This document shows, one piece after another, positions 37,999 through 48,700 of a DNA stretch of 64,000 nt (its first letter is position 1; each line of letters begins with the position of its first letter). This DNA is from a virus, in the IMG/VR virus record IMGVR_UViG_3300044844_000428; one strand, written 5' to 3'. The translations under genes and the position numbers were made by a program. The notes beneath the pieces are model-generated. The model had not been told where the DNA came from, did not search any database, and saw only the letters and a list, made by a program, of their open reading frames with translations.

Positions 37999-39102
37999 TT
38001 ACGAAGTTGGGAATGCTGCGGTTGGTGGAGTAAAGTTAGCTGTGTATCTGGCGATGCCTTTGGTTATGCGTAGGTCGTCTATGTAGCCCCACCAATCACT
38101 ATCAAAGCCATTACGCCCAATAAATACTGTAGATACTCCTCCGTCACTAACACTGGATGTATTATTATAAGTTGTACTGCTTGCTACACCATTTATGTAC
38201 ACTGAAACAGTATTATTTCTTTTAACTAACGCTAAGTGATACCAAGTATTAATTAATAATGGTGTTACGGGAGCTGGGATAGGAAAGTCCCATCCGCCTT
38301 GAGCCTCAGTCTGTCCATTATACTGGGCAAACGCAATTGTAGATGAGTTAGTAATACGAAGATTCCAATTACCATTCATACCTGCAGTATAATATCCACC
38401 AGTAGAAACTAATCCTCGTTGTGCCGCAAAAGATGAGGAGTTAAACCATAATTCAACAGTAAAATCTCCAGTGCCAAAATTAAATGCAGTATTTGCTGAT
38501 AATGACAGATAATCCCCACTACCATCAAACAATAACGAAGCCGTACCAAATTTCTTTTGAGTCGTGCTAATCTGAGTAGTTCCATAAGCTGTAATAACTT
38601 TAGGGCTACTACTCAAATCCGTAAAGGATGTACTACCATTCGTCCCATCACCATTCAACAATAATGATACCGAACTAAAGTATGGGTCAGCCACAATAGT
38701 AACACTATTTGATGTTGCTGAACTATCACTTGTTCCTAGAGCACTTGTAGCAGTCACTGTAAACGTATAACTTGTTCCCGTAGTCAATCCAGAAACAACA
38801 ATAGGACTACTCGCACCTGTAGCAGTTTGTCCGCCTGAACTTGTCACAGTATAACTGGTAATAGCAGAACCGCCATTTTGAACTGGAGGAATAAATGCTA
38901 CTGATATGGTTGTCGCACCTGTTGCAGTTGCTGTTCCAATAGTAGGTGGATTAGGTCTTGTTTGACCTATTGCCCATAATGATGAACTTTTTGCCACAAT
39001 CTGTTGAGGTAATGGAAACACTCCATTTGCCCTACCGGTATATGCAGTTCCGCTTGTAGCATTAGCGACACTGCCAATCATTCCGCCTTGATATTTCGAC
39101 AT
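37999..39102 (-). CDS. FN3 + LamG virion protein
   Basis: PNPPTIG...NGGSAITSYTV...GL..GTSYTFTV.A (FN3), followed by a LamG domain. Confidence 0.85.
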   Translation of the reverse strand: MSKYQGGMIGSVANATSGTAYTGRANGVFPLPQQIVAKSSSLWAIGQTRPNPPTIGTATATGATTISVAFIPPVQNGGSAITSYTVTSSGGQTATGASSPIVVSGLTTGTSYTFTVTATSALGTSDSSATSNSVTIVADPYFSSVSLLLNGDGTNGSTSFTDLSSSPKVITAYGTTQISTTQKKFGTASLLFDGSGDYLSLSANTAFNFGTGDFTVELWFNSSSFAAQRGLVSTGGYYTAGMNGNWNLRITNSSTIAFAQYNGQTEAQGGWDFPIPAPVTPLLINTWYHLALVKRNNTVSVYINGVASSTTYNNTSSVSDGGVSTVFIGRNGFDSDWWGYIDDLRITKGIARYTANFTPPTAAFPTS

Positions 39103-39491
39103 TATGAAATCTCTTCGTAAGAAACCGTATAATTAATTTTGCTAGCAGTACCTGAAGTAACAATCACAGACACATTTTCCTCAAGATATATTGATTTATC
39201 TAACAGAGATAATGCTGATCCAGCAGGAACTGCCACAGTATAAATTAAAGGGTAAGCTGTACCGCCACTTGGAGCACTACCTTGAGCAACCGCACCATTA
39301 GTATAGAGTGAGATTGTAGCATTGATTGAATTCGTACCATCAACATTACTAGCCATAAGATTGTTTAACTTTATGACTTTACCACTAGATGCTGGATTAG
39401 TTAATAAGACAACATTAGTATTAACTGATGGTGTTAGATAAGTTGTTTTGCCGTATATGTTTGCTACACTGACAATATTAGGTGCTGACAT
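39102..39491 (-). CDS. hypothetical virion protein
   Basis: MSAPNIV...SNVDGT...IYLEE...SYEEIS. Confidence 0.75.
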   Translation of the reverse strand: MSAPNIVSVANIYGKTTYLTPSVNTNVVLLTNPASSGKVIKLNNLMASNVDGTNSINATISLYTNGAVAQGSAPSGGTAYPLIYTVAVPAGSALSLLDKSIYLEENVSVIVTSGTASKINYTVSYEEIS

Positions 39492-40052
39492 TTAACCCCC
39501 AAAGACGATAGACATGGCAATTGCTTTGCCGGTTGAAAGTACTGCTGTAGCAGGAACTGATGGTGTTTGTAATAATCTCCAATTCGTTGATGCTAAATTA
39601 TAAACGAATGAGACTGAAGTGCCATTAATATCCAATATGTACGAGGTAGAATCAGATTCAATAGTTTTACCGGTATTAGGTAAAACCGTAAGATTACTGG
39701 TGGCAAATGTACTAGCCATATCTAAGAACGCAATAGTAGCACCATCAGCAGGACTAGCAGGTAAAGTTACCGAGAATCCACCAGAAGTCGTATCACATCT
39801 TACCAAATCATTCGTAGAAGCAGTATATGCAGAAGTTTTTACAGCAGTTGGAGTTAAACTTGATCCACCACCAGAAATGACAATGTCACCAGATCCTAAA
39901 ATGCTAGTGTTATTGATGGTTTTGATATTGGTACCAGAAACTAGTGTTGCTTGCTTAGTACCTAGTTCGGTATTAAGAGCTGATAGATTATCATCGGCTT
40001 CTTGGTTTGTAAGAGGAGAACCCTTAACATTTCGTAGGGTTAATGATGCCAT
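39492..40052 (-). CDS. short fibre/adaptor protein
   Basis: N-terminal LRNVKGSPLT anchor, LVSGTNIKTIN..SILGSG, DTTSG.F.VTLPASP. Confidence 0.75.
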   Translation of the reverse strand: MASLTLRNVKGSPLTNQEADDNLSALNTELGTKQATLVSGTNIKTINNTSILGSGDIVISGGGSSLTPTAVKTSAYTASTNDLVRCDTTSGGFSVTLPASPADGATIAFLDMASTFATSNLTVLPNTGKTIESDSTSYILDINGTSVSFVYNLASTNWRLLQTPSVPATAVLSTGKAIAMSIVFGG

Positions 40053-40083
40053 TGTTCATATCCTTATAAAGTATCTATAGTAC

Positions 40084-40091
40084 TATTTATA
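40084..40091 (-). promoter_or_regulatory. late promoter
   Basis: TATAAATA overlapping the lipase stop codon. Confidence 0.7.
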
Positions 40092-40800
40092 AAGAATTTC
40101 TCTTGATGTTCTCGATATAGTTATTCATGAAGTGATTATCAAGCAAATTCAGTTTTCCTTTCTTTATTCCAAACCAGAATCCTTTTACTCGGTCTTTGAT
40201 TCTTTGCCAACTGTTGAAAGTTCTTATGTCACCATAGTGGTCAAAGTACATCATTTTGCCATGATGTTTATAAGGAAAGATTGGATTTCGAGTAACAATA
40301 TCAGTATTATTAACAAACCGATAGTGTTCTATGTTAAGACTATTCAAGAATCTAATATAGGTAAGGTTACCAACTCTAGGAGAACCAAAGGTATAAAGTG
40401 TTGGATTAGGTACGCCTTCTGTTCGATGGCATCTTGCAGCCATTAGAGTAGCCATTGCGGCACCTAAGGAATGTCCAGTAAGATAAACTCTACGATTAGG
40501 ATATTTCTTGAATAGTTTGACTATATCATCCCAGACATGGTCAACAGATGCTTTGAATCCTTTATGGACTTTACCAATACCAGAACTACTAGGCACAAGT
40601 TTGAATCTAATATCAGCAACTATATCTTGCCATTCGGTAACTTGAGTACCTCGGCAAACTATGATGATAGTGTCTATATTGAATAGGAAATAGGCTTGAG
40701 AACCTTTTCTATCAATAAGAATACTTTGATAGCCAGGGAAGTCCTGGTTATCGTTATAAGCAAGATTGCTAAATTGTGCTAGTAGTAATGGTGTTGTCAT
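40087..40800 (-). CDS. class 3 lipase (alpha/beta hydrolase)
   Basis: VCRGT, VHKGF, TGHSLGAA, TFGSPRVG, DIV..NP, H.M..Y. Confidence 0.92.
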   Translation of the reverse strand: MTTPLLLAQFSNLAYNDNQDFPGYQSILIDRKGSQAYFLFNIDTIIIVCRGTQVTEWQDIVADIRFKLVPSSSGIGKVHKGFKASVDHVWDDIVKLFKKYPNRRVYLTGHSLGAAMATLMAARCHRTEGVPNPTLYTFGSPRVGNLTYIRFLNSLNIEHYRFVNNTDIVTRNPIFPYKHHGKMMYFDHYGDIRTFNSWQRIKDRVKGFWFGIKKGKLNLLDNHFMNNYIENIKRNSL

Positions 40801-40804
40801 AGTC

Positions 40805-41206
40805 TTATACGATTTCGTCTAATTCTTCATGAGTAGTTGCCGATGAAATTGCTTCCAGTTTGGCAATCATATCTAATCTTGTTTGTTCTACTACTACAGC
40901 ATCATAAATCTCAGAATTATCTGCAATTTCATTGTGTGCTTGTTGATTTGCAGTCTGTAAAAATAAACTTCTTGCTTTGTTTTTTTCATTAGATTTTCTT
41001 TCATCCAATGACGCTTCTATAATAGAATATGAAACTTGTATTGGTGTTTTCGATAAATCGTATTGAGGAATTGCCAACTGTTTTGTAGTAAGTGTAGGTT
41101 CTTTTTCAGTTAAAACTGCATCTCTCCAAGTAGAATCTAGTTCTTGCGGAAGTTTCCATAAGTTAATTGAACCATCATCGTTTATTCTTACTTTAACTAT
41201 ATTCAT
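40805..41206 (-). CDS. hypothetical protein, possible fibre assembly chaperone
   Basis: SLDERK...AISSATTHEELDEI tail. Start MNIVKV after AGGAG. Confidence 0.55.
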   Translation of the reverse strand: MNIVKVRINDDGSINLWKLPQELDSTWRDAVLTEKEPTLTTKQLAIPQYDLSKTPIQVSYSIIEASLDERKSNEKNKARSLFLQTANQQAHNEIADNSEIYDAVVVEQTRLDMIAKLEAISSATTHEELDEIV

Positions 41207-41217
41207 TTTATTCTCCT

Positions 41218-41970
41218 TTAAATGTAATTGATTTCTGTTGTTTTCTTCTTGTGGATCCATTTTCTGTAGAATCCAGGTGCCGTAGTTCTATAGGTAAAAT
41301 CTGCTTTGCCACTTTCTTGTTGTGTTATATATCCAACATCTGCTGTAATATTTTCTCTTTTATATGGTATAACATGAAGTAACGGCGTACCGGCGTAAAT
41401 CTTAACGTGCATTTTTCTCAAAGGAGAAAACATTACATTTATAGTATGATAAGCGTCATAATCATTTATACCAGGATACAAAAATAAATCTCTCAAGAAA
41501 GGAGAATGAAATAATGCTGGCATAACAAAGGCAGAATATCCTGGTTTAGTAAAAACTTTCCATGGACATGGCAGTTTAAGAGCATGATGATTGATATCGT
41601 CATCTATATTAGCTGAACCTGCAACTACTCTATAATCCATTCTTTGAAATGGTTTGCAAGGAAATTGTGGTCCATTACCTATAATTATATCCGCTTTTTC
41701 TTCATCTACAATGATTTCAAAATCTTCCCAAGCAGGAATAATATATCCAGTTCTGTAATAATCGTGCATTCCAGGACACGCAGAGAACTTATGAGTTCCA
41801 TTTTTCTCAGCATCCTTTAACTGTTTAGTTAACCAATCCGGTTTAATATCCATTGCTCGTTTTACTGGTTGACCAACCTCATATCCAGGAACGTCACACT
41901 TGAATTTTATCATAGGAGATGTGTCTATAGAATTCAAAATTGCATTTTTAACATTAGATAATATAGACAT
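41218..41970 (-). CDS. hypothetical protein (DUF6065-like), paralog B
   Basis: PDW...CPGM.D....GYIIP.W...PW...T.PGYS..V.P...GI.D.D...AGTPL..VIP.KR. Confidence 0.7.
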   Translation of the reverse strand: MSILSNVKNAILNSIDTSPMIKFKCDVPGYEVGQPVKRAMDIKPDWLTKQLKDAEKNGTHKFSACPGMHDYYRTGYIIPAWEDFEIIVDEEKADIIIGNGPQFPCKPFQRMDYRVVAGSANIDDDINHHALKLPCPWKVFTKPGYSAFVMPALFHSPFLRDLFLYPGINDYDAYHTINVMFSPLRKMHVKIYAGTPLLHVIPYKRENITADVGYITQQESGKADFTYRTTAPGFYRKWIHKKKTTEINYI

Positions 41971-42689
41971 TATTTTTTCACTCTTAGATTGTTAACATAA
42001 TAACTGTTTTGGTTGTCTTGTCTAGCTCTTGTTATTTCTCTTTTCTTCCATTCCTTATCGTTAAACGGTCTCACTGAAAATTTTGATATAGTATTTTCTC
42101 GTTTGAATGGGATGCATTGAATTATAGGAGTTCCTGCTGGTAAAATCTCGTCGAAATTATTTGCCAACCATACTGATGGAAAATTTATTTCTCTATCATA
42201 AACATCAGTATCTACTACCGCACCCAATGTCAAAAATCTTGTTTCTAGATGATTTATGGGAGCCACAAATAGACACGAATATCCAGGCGGAGTCTTAATA
42301 ACAAAATGATTTAAAAACTTTACCAAGTGTTTGCCTGGAAAAGGAAATACTGGTCCAACTTGTTCCTTTGAATGTTCTTCTGTCAATTTAACATAAGGAT
42401 TTTCTGTTATATCAATAAGTGATGCGTCTTCATTAGTTCTAATATGAATATCGCCAGCAAGAGGTATAATAAAGCCATTAGTCATTCCGTCTATCATAGG
42501 AAGACATTTCTTGGCTGACATAGCAGGACATCCTTTGTGGTCCCTAGTATTTTTACTATATGCCGGAATTGATTTATACCAATCTGGTATAAATTTACCA
42601 GCTGGTGCTGGAGGTATTAGAACATTGGCATGTTGTTCGGTTGTTAGAAATTCAATCAAAGGCGTTTTGAAAATTGATATCAAAGACAT
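41970..42689 (-). CDS. hypothetical protein (DUF6065-like), paralog A
   Basis: PDWYK...KKCLPM.D....GFIIP...KTPPGYSCLF..P...VVDTD...AGTPI.Q.IPFKR. Confidence 0.7.
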   Translation of the reverse strand: MSLISIFKTPLIEFLTTEQHANVLIPPAPAGKFIPDWYKSIPAYSKNTRDHKGCPAMSAKKCLPMIDGMTNGFIIPLAGDIHIRTNEDASLIDITENPYVKLTEEHSKEQVGPVFPFPGKHLVKFLNHFVIKTPPGYSCLFVAPINHLETRFLTLGAVVDTDVYDREINFPSVWLANNFDEILPAGTPIIQCIPFKRENTISKFSVRPFNDKEWKKREITRARQDNQNSYYVNNLRVKK

Positions 42690-42705
42690 AATATAATCCA
42701 GTTAA

Positions 42706-43308
42706 TTATTTAAATTTTGGACCAAGTACCCAGCACACTAGACTTTTACGCTTTCCAGATGTTACTTCAGTTACTTGATGTGGTACAAAGGCTGGGAAAA
42801 CTAAAACATCACCCTTTTTAACCTTTGTACTATGTATCTGTTCTGGATTTCCGCCAGGAATAAGTTGAAATTCTCCACCAGTATATTCAGTCTCTGGATC
42901 AGAGAGTATTACTGAAATTCCTAATTTTCTATGATTAGGTCCATAAGTATCTTTTGAATCACCATCAATGTGCCATCCATAGAATCCACCTTCGGTGTAT
43001 GTGGTATATTGGAAAGCATCAATATGAGACAAGTCAAATTGGAATTTATCGCTGTTGATTTTAGCAATAATTTCTGCCATTTTATTGAATAACCAAACTG
43101 TATTTTCTGCTGGATGTATCCAAGATACTTTGCTCTGTCTTATCTTAGAATCTACATCTCCACCTTCTTTAGAACTACCAACTTTAGCTTGTTGGAATTC
43201 TAAATTATCGCCAATTTTTATAATTTCTTCAATGTCTCGTTCAGAAAAAGCTCCAGACCAGCAAACGATTGGTTCTAATGCAGAATGAATATCAGGTATT
43301 GTAAACAT
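42706..43308 (-). CDS. 2OG-Fe(II) oxygenase (prolyl-hydroxylase/PKHD type)
   Basis: Q.T.Y..GGFYGWHID, RKL, Y.GGEF, VFP....H.VT.VT.G.RKSLV.W. Confidence 0.93.
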   Translation of the reverse strand: MFTIPDIHSALEPIVCWSGAFSERDIEEIIKIGDNLEFQQAKVGSSKEGGDVDSKIRQSKVSWIHPAENTVWLFNKMAEIIAKINSDKFQFDLSHIDAFQYTTYTEGGFYGWHIDGDSKDTYGPNHRKLGISVILSDPETEYTGGEFQLIPGGNPEQIHSTKVKKGDVLVFPAFVPHQVTEVTSGKRKSLVCWVLGPKFK

Positions 43309-43322
43309 AATAAAGTCTCATA

Positions 43323-44078
43323 TTATAAAGTAAATGTTATAGTAACGTATCCGCCAGAAGGCACGGTTACGGAATAAGGGGTTCCGTAATTAGGAATAGA
43401 AGTAGCTCTTGTTGATGGAACTACAGAAGCGGCTCCACCATATCCACCAGGCAAAGAAATTCCTAATATATTTGTGGCGGTTCCTGTATTAGTTGTTGGT
43501 GAATTTGTTCCTGCATAAGGATATGACGTAGGATTAGTTCCTGTGTTCCCAGGAACGTATGTATTATAACTATATGAAGTGCCAGGAACGGTATAATAGT
43601 TGGTACCGGAATTATAAATTGCTGGTTGATTACCTGAACTCGGGTAGAAATCATTGGTATAATAAGTAAAGCTCCAGGCTGGTTCATAATTAGAATAAGG
43701 ACTAAATCCAGATGCTCCAGTAAAGGAATAATATGCGGTCCAATTGCGATAGTGATATACTAATTTAGTCGTGGAATTCCAATTTTCTCCAAAAGTGCCC
43801 GCAGTAACAGTATATGTAAAATTACCTTGAACCGGATAGGATGGACTATTCGTTCCGTTTGTGGAGTAAGAATACGAGTTATCGAAGTAATTTCCTGGTA
43901 CAACATTATAATATGGAGTTCCTGCAGCATAACTGCCATCACCACCTTTTCCTGATACATAAACTTTCTGTTTTCCATATCTAGGATTATACGTACCAGA
44001 AGAATTAAAAGTTACTGTACTAATGTCTTTAGTATTAGTAGTTTCTTTGAATAGTGCTTTAACTAATTTCGAAAACAT
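43323..44078 (-). CDS. small Tyr/Asn/Pro/Gly-rich fibre-tip-like virion protein
   Basis: Framework TFNSSGTY..VSGKGG ... GISLPGG.GG ... VTVPSGGYVTITF around a low-complexity Y/N/P/T core. Confidence 0.7.
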   Translation of the reverse strand: MFSKLVKALFKETTNTKDISTVTFNSSGTYNPRYGKQKVYVSGKGGDGSYAAGTPYYNVVPGNYFDNSYSYSTNGTNSPSYPVQGNFTYTVTAGTFGENWNSTTKLVYHYRNWTAYYSFTGASGFSPYSNYEPAWSFTYYTNDFYPSSGNQPAIYNSGTNYYTVPGTSYSYNTYVPGNTGTNPTSYPYAGTNSPTTNTGTATNILGISLPGGYGGAASVVPSTRATSIPNYGTPYSVTVPSGGYVTITFTL

Positions 44079-44089
44079 TTAATTCTCCA

Positions 44090-45553
44090 TTAAGCATTTC
44101 TGACATCAGCCATTGATAAACTACCAACAAGTGAACTTCCCGCATCATAAGTAAAGAATGTCCAAATGTCAATTGCATTTGCAGTTACTGTACTGGGCGG
44201 AATAATATTTCCAGTCCATTTAGGTAATAATGCTGAACCATGTCTCCATGCAACTGAAGTAGTATTAGTCAATGCTGTTACATGAGATAAAATTACCGAG
44301 AATGAGAATATAGTTCCTGATGTAGCTTTACTTGCTAAATTCGTAAATGTGATAGTAGCAGAAGTTGTTCCAGTTGGTAAAGGAATAATAATAGTTGATG
44401 AACTGACAGTAGAAAAATCAACTGCAATAGTAGCAGCAGTTCCAGAAATGCCTGTTACCGTGTATGTATTATCGACCAAGGGAATGGAAGACCAAGTAGC
44501 AGTTGATCCATCGGTTGTTAGAAATTTGCCACCAGCCCCAGATTGGCTTGGTAATGAAATTGGTATAGTTCCCCAAGAAGCAGTAGTTCCGTCTGTTGTT
44601 AGGAATTTACCATTATTGCTGGTTTGTGACGGTAATGTAATAGGAGCAGCAGCAGATACCCAAGTTGTACCATTGCTTGTTAGGATATTACCATTTGTTC
44701 CTGGAGCTACTACTTGTAATGCATTAGTACCATTACCTAATAAAACATTATTAGCAGTTAATGAGGTCGAACCTGTACCACCACTGGCAATCGGTAAAGC
44801 ATTACCTAAACTTAATGTTGGAATCGTTACTGTATAAGCACCGGATAAAGTCAAGTTGCCATTCAGAGTCCAACTTTGAACACCAGCAGAATAGATACCA
44901 CCTCTATTCAAGTACAATGAGTAGTTTGAAGCACCACCAGTAGCATCGCCATATAGACCAATATTCATACCACCAGAATGGGTATCGTTAGCATAACCAC
45001 GAACACCAATAGCAGAACCAGTGTCGCCAGTTGCTGATACATGACCTTCACCAACTACACCGCCGGATCTTGCTGCTCCAGCCGCATAACCTTTACCATA
45101 AACACCAACACCAATATTACTAAATGTTCCAGTGCCAGATACTGTTCCAGTATTAGCAAGAGATACAGTTATTGTAGTACTGACGATATTAGTAACAGTA
45201 GCGTTAGGAGCAATGCCAGTGCCAGTTATTAATTGCCCGATTAAAATACCAGTTGCAGAACCTACAGTAATAGATGTAGCGCCAGAAGTACCACTAATAG
45301 TAGTAGTTAAAGAACTTCCTGTTCCTTCAGATATTAAACCTGCATTATGAGGTTCATTTTGTTGGATACCAGAAGCAGTATTACTAATAACAGTTAAGGC
45401 ATTAGGAAACCGAGTGTTGTTGGCTCCTGTTCCAAGATATAAAGAAGTACCGCCAGTTTTATCTAGTTTGCCTGAATCGAGTGTAGTAAAGTTGCCATCC
45501 ACTTCAGTGATGGTTAAAGGCGAACCTTTAACGCTTCTTAGAACGATTGCCAT
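44090..45553 (-). CDS. tail fibre-like protein
   Basis: LRSVKGSPLT anchor, GVxG solenoid, two LPSQ..KFLTTDG repeats, DIWTFFTYDAG end. Confidence 0.8.
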   Translation of the reverse strand: MAIVLRSVKGSPLTITEVDGNFTTLDSGKLDKTGGTSLYLGTGANNTRFPNALTVISNTASGIQQNEPHNAGLISEGTGSSLTTTISGTSGATSITVGSATGILIGQLITGTGIAPNATVTNIVSTTITVSLANTGTVSGTGTFSNIGVGVYGKGYAAGAARSGGVVGEGHVSATGDTGSAIGVRGYANDTHSGGMNIGLYGDATGGASNYSLYLNRGGIYSAGVQSWTLNGNLTLSGAYTVTIPTLSLGNALPIASGGTGSTSLTANNVLLGNGTNALQVVAPGTNGNILTSNGTTWVSAAAPITLPSQTSNNGKFLTTDGTTASWGTIPISLPSQSGAGGKFLTTDGSTATWSSIPLVDNTYTVTGISGTAATIAVDFSTVSSSTIIIPLPTGTTSATITFTNLASKATSGTIFSFSVILSHVTALTNTTSVAWRHGSALLPKWTGNIIPPSTVTANAIDIWTFFTYDAGSSLVGSLSMADVRNA

Positions 45554-45577
45554 TGAATTTCCTTATTTGCGTTTTGA

Positions 45578-45799
45578 TTATATCTTATTTATTAACAGTT
45601 GAAGCATCTGTTTGATATCAGACATCTCATTTTTCAAGACCGAGATGTCCTCGGCATTCTTCATAACCATTCTAGCAGCATCCCTTTTGGATTGATGTTC
45701 ACGCAATTTACTATTATTAACTGTCAATAGTGCTTTAGAGTGAACATCTCGTACTAGGTCTTTAGTATCATCTAGTTCCATCAAATCCATTTTAATCAT
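45578..45799 (-). CDS. small conserved coiled-coil virion protein
   Basis: LVRD..SKALL...LKNEMSDIKQML. Follows the DUF4815-type gene. Confidence 0.75.
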   Translation of the reverse strand: MIKMDLMELDDTKDLVRDVHSKALLTVNNSKLREHQSKRDAARMVMKNAEDISVLKNEMSDIKQMLQLLINKI

Positions 45800-48700
45800 C
45801 CAGTGCCATTACTCTCAAATCTCTAATTTTAGGAACCACAACTGTGTTGGCTGATAACATAACAATCTTAATTGAGAACTGATTGAATCTTTGTTTATTT
45901 GGTAATGCATATCTTACACCAGGAAGAATATTGTCACCATAATCACATATAAATTTATGTTCAACAAAAGAACCAGCATAATTGGCATCACGTTCCGAAA
46001 GAACCATTTCGTGATATGGAGATTCTTCAAGTGTAGTATTACCATCAACGAATGCAGCTTTGTAGTAAACTTTAACAGTAGAACCAATAGGAGTATAAGC
46101 ATTAAATCTTACTACAATATCAGTCGATTCGAACCCATCAGCAAGAACTACCTTTCTTGTCATGTATCTTGATAATGCAGTACCCCCAGCAGGAAGAAGT
46201 TCAGTGTCACCATTGTTAGTTTCACCCACGTATCTTAATAATGCCGTTCCATTCAATATATCACCACCAACAAATACTGGTGCGGCAGTTGATGTAGTTC
46301 CTGAAGTAATAACAAGATACATTCTATAAGTTGTTCCAACAAGAACTTTTATATAATCGCCAGAAGTAACATCAGTATTGGCAACAAAATCTGGAGCAAT
46401 AGTATCAGCATTAATTAAGTTTCTAACCAAAACATTTGATAATCTAGTGATATCAATAATTGGTGATAGTTTAGAATCATTGGTACTCAATTCAATTTTA
46501 GAGTAGATATCCTTAACATTAGAATCTAATACCTTTCTTGATTCCATTTCGTAGTTTGAACCTATCATAATTTCTTTGAAATCTGTATCAAGAACACCTG
46601 ATGAATTGGTACCTTTATAGTAATGTTTTGCTTCAGAATTCTTAAATAATACATTCTCACCTTGAGCAAAATATACATCATAAGGTACTTCTGTATCTTG
46701 CCATCTTGTTGCTGTTGCTATAAACTGCAATGAAATTGTACCATTAGTAACAGTACCGGTAGTATGAGTTGGGGCACTAGCTCCAGAAGTCCCTGAGTTC
46801 ATGACTTGATAAACTCTATCAGTATTAGTCGATGACTGTACTCTAATATAATCATTAATATTATAATGAGTAACTGCTTGGAACGTATTATAAGCTAAAG
46901 AATAGTTATTAACTGGTTTATCCGATTTGAATGCAACTGTTCCAGAAGCACTAAAATCTGCACGGTTAATCACAAAACACATATCTTGGTATGGAGATGG
47001 CAACCAAGTCTGACTGTTAGAACTCTTGAATAAGTCACCAGTATAAGGAATTTCAGCAATTCTGGAATCCAAATCACTTAATCTAAATCCACCAACCGTA
47101 GAAGTAAAGATCGAGTAATCTTTTGATGCTGATATAACAACAATGGCATAAGTTCCTGGAGTCAAATAGATTGGAGAATCAAATTTGAACTTTGTATAAG
47201 AACTGCTATCAGTAGCATTAGGATAAGATGTAAGATTAACTGAATCTGGAGTTAGACTTGAAATTGCAAACGGTACGATTTCAGATGAACTTGGAAATCC
47301 ATTTATTACAGGTCTAATCTGAACAGTAATATCTTCTGTTGTCGATTTCTGTTTGAAGAATAAGTCTACAGAAGAAACAAAGTAACCGTCAGGATGATTA
47401 GATGAATCTATAAAGAATGTTTGCGCCAATGGATCATTCTGAACAATACTAGATTTAATAAAAGAAGTCATATAGATTTTTAAATCATTTGGTAATACGT
47501 CATCATTAGTATAACCTATGAGCATATCCCAGCTTGAAAGAAATCCACCACCTGCATTAGTTGTTGTATTAAAAATATAATCTCTAATAACTTCTACTAC
47601 ATTTTCTTTGTATCTGGCAGCTATATCTTTCCAATTAGATAATTTTTTAAATTTAGACTGTGTTATAGAACCAACTAAACCAGTTTCTACATTCCAATCC
47701 CATGTAGGTTTCCAATAGGTAAATGGCCATGTGAAAGTGATGTCGTATGTAAGATTTCCACCTGCAGGTATAGTAACAGGAAATCCAGAATAAGATGTTT
47801 TAATTTTATTGATGTCAGTTACTATAAGATTTGAAACAACTGCACTAGAACTAACAATGCTACTCCCATAAGGAGTTATAGTTATCGATGTTACATTGCC
47901 AGAATCAGTACCTGAATTTCTAGTAATATAGGTTAATTTTTTTGTTCCTGCTGGAATTGCTATAAATCCACTAGTATCACCATATACAGTTTTTCCAGCA
48001 GCATTTTTATATTTCCAATTATCATGAACAAAAGTACCGTTTAAAACTAAACTTTCCCAACCGCCCTCATTAAAATGCTCCCAGCCAGTAATACCGTCCA
48101 TAGAAACCGGTGAGAAATAATCGCCGTCTCCAGTAATATTAGACGTTTTAAAGTTTGCTTTTCCTGCAATCGGAGTTACTGATGCTGGTAATACTTGATT
48201 CCATTCAAATGGTCCATTTGCAGTTATTTTCAATAATGCAGTGGTAGGATTTGCTTTGGTTTTATTGAATCTATACTTTAATGGATTAGTAGATGATACA
48301 CTTTGAGATATAGTGGCAAAAGTTGCCCCTGTAAATTTCTGAGATAACCAGAATTTATTATCTATTGGTCTATCTGAAGTCGAGACAAAACATGGTTTAT
48401 CAATCGTTCCTCCAGTACCAGCAACTGGTACTTTATTACCATCCCAGAACAATTGAGCAGAAATGCTTTTTCCAGTCATATCAGTAGTAATATCAAATCC
48501 GCATTCGCCAGTAGCTGTAGTAAAATCAAGAATATAATCGTAAGTATCACTACCAGCCCAATGACGATATCCAGAAGTAGCAACTGCTTGTACAGATGGC
48601 ACTACAGATGGTGATACGGTAGTAAAATCATAAGTCGTCGTTCCTACCCAGAATACTGGCGAACCTGCAGTATCTTTTATAGCAGTACCAGGGATGTCCA

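Noticed and set aside
31652-39102. Diversity-generating retroelement target/template pair
   Set aside because: No reverse transcriptase lies in the window, all repeats are coding, and the differences are not adenine-specific.
39619-45602. Plus-strand ORFs opposite fibre genes (e.g. 39619-40080, 44349-44837) and similar antisense ORFs elsewhere
   Set aside because: These are shadow frames of Thr/Gly/Ser-rich genes, with no RBS or recognisable motifs.
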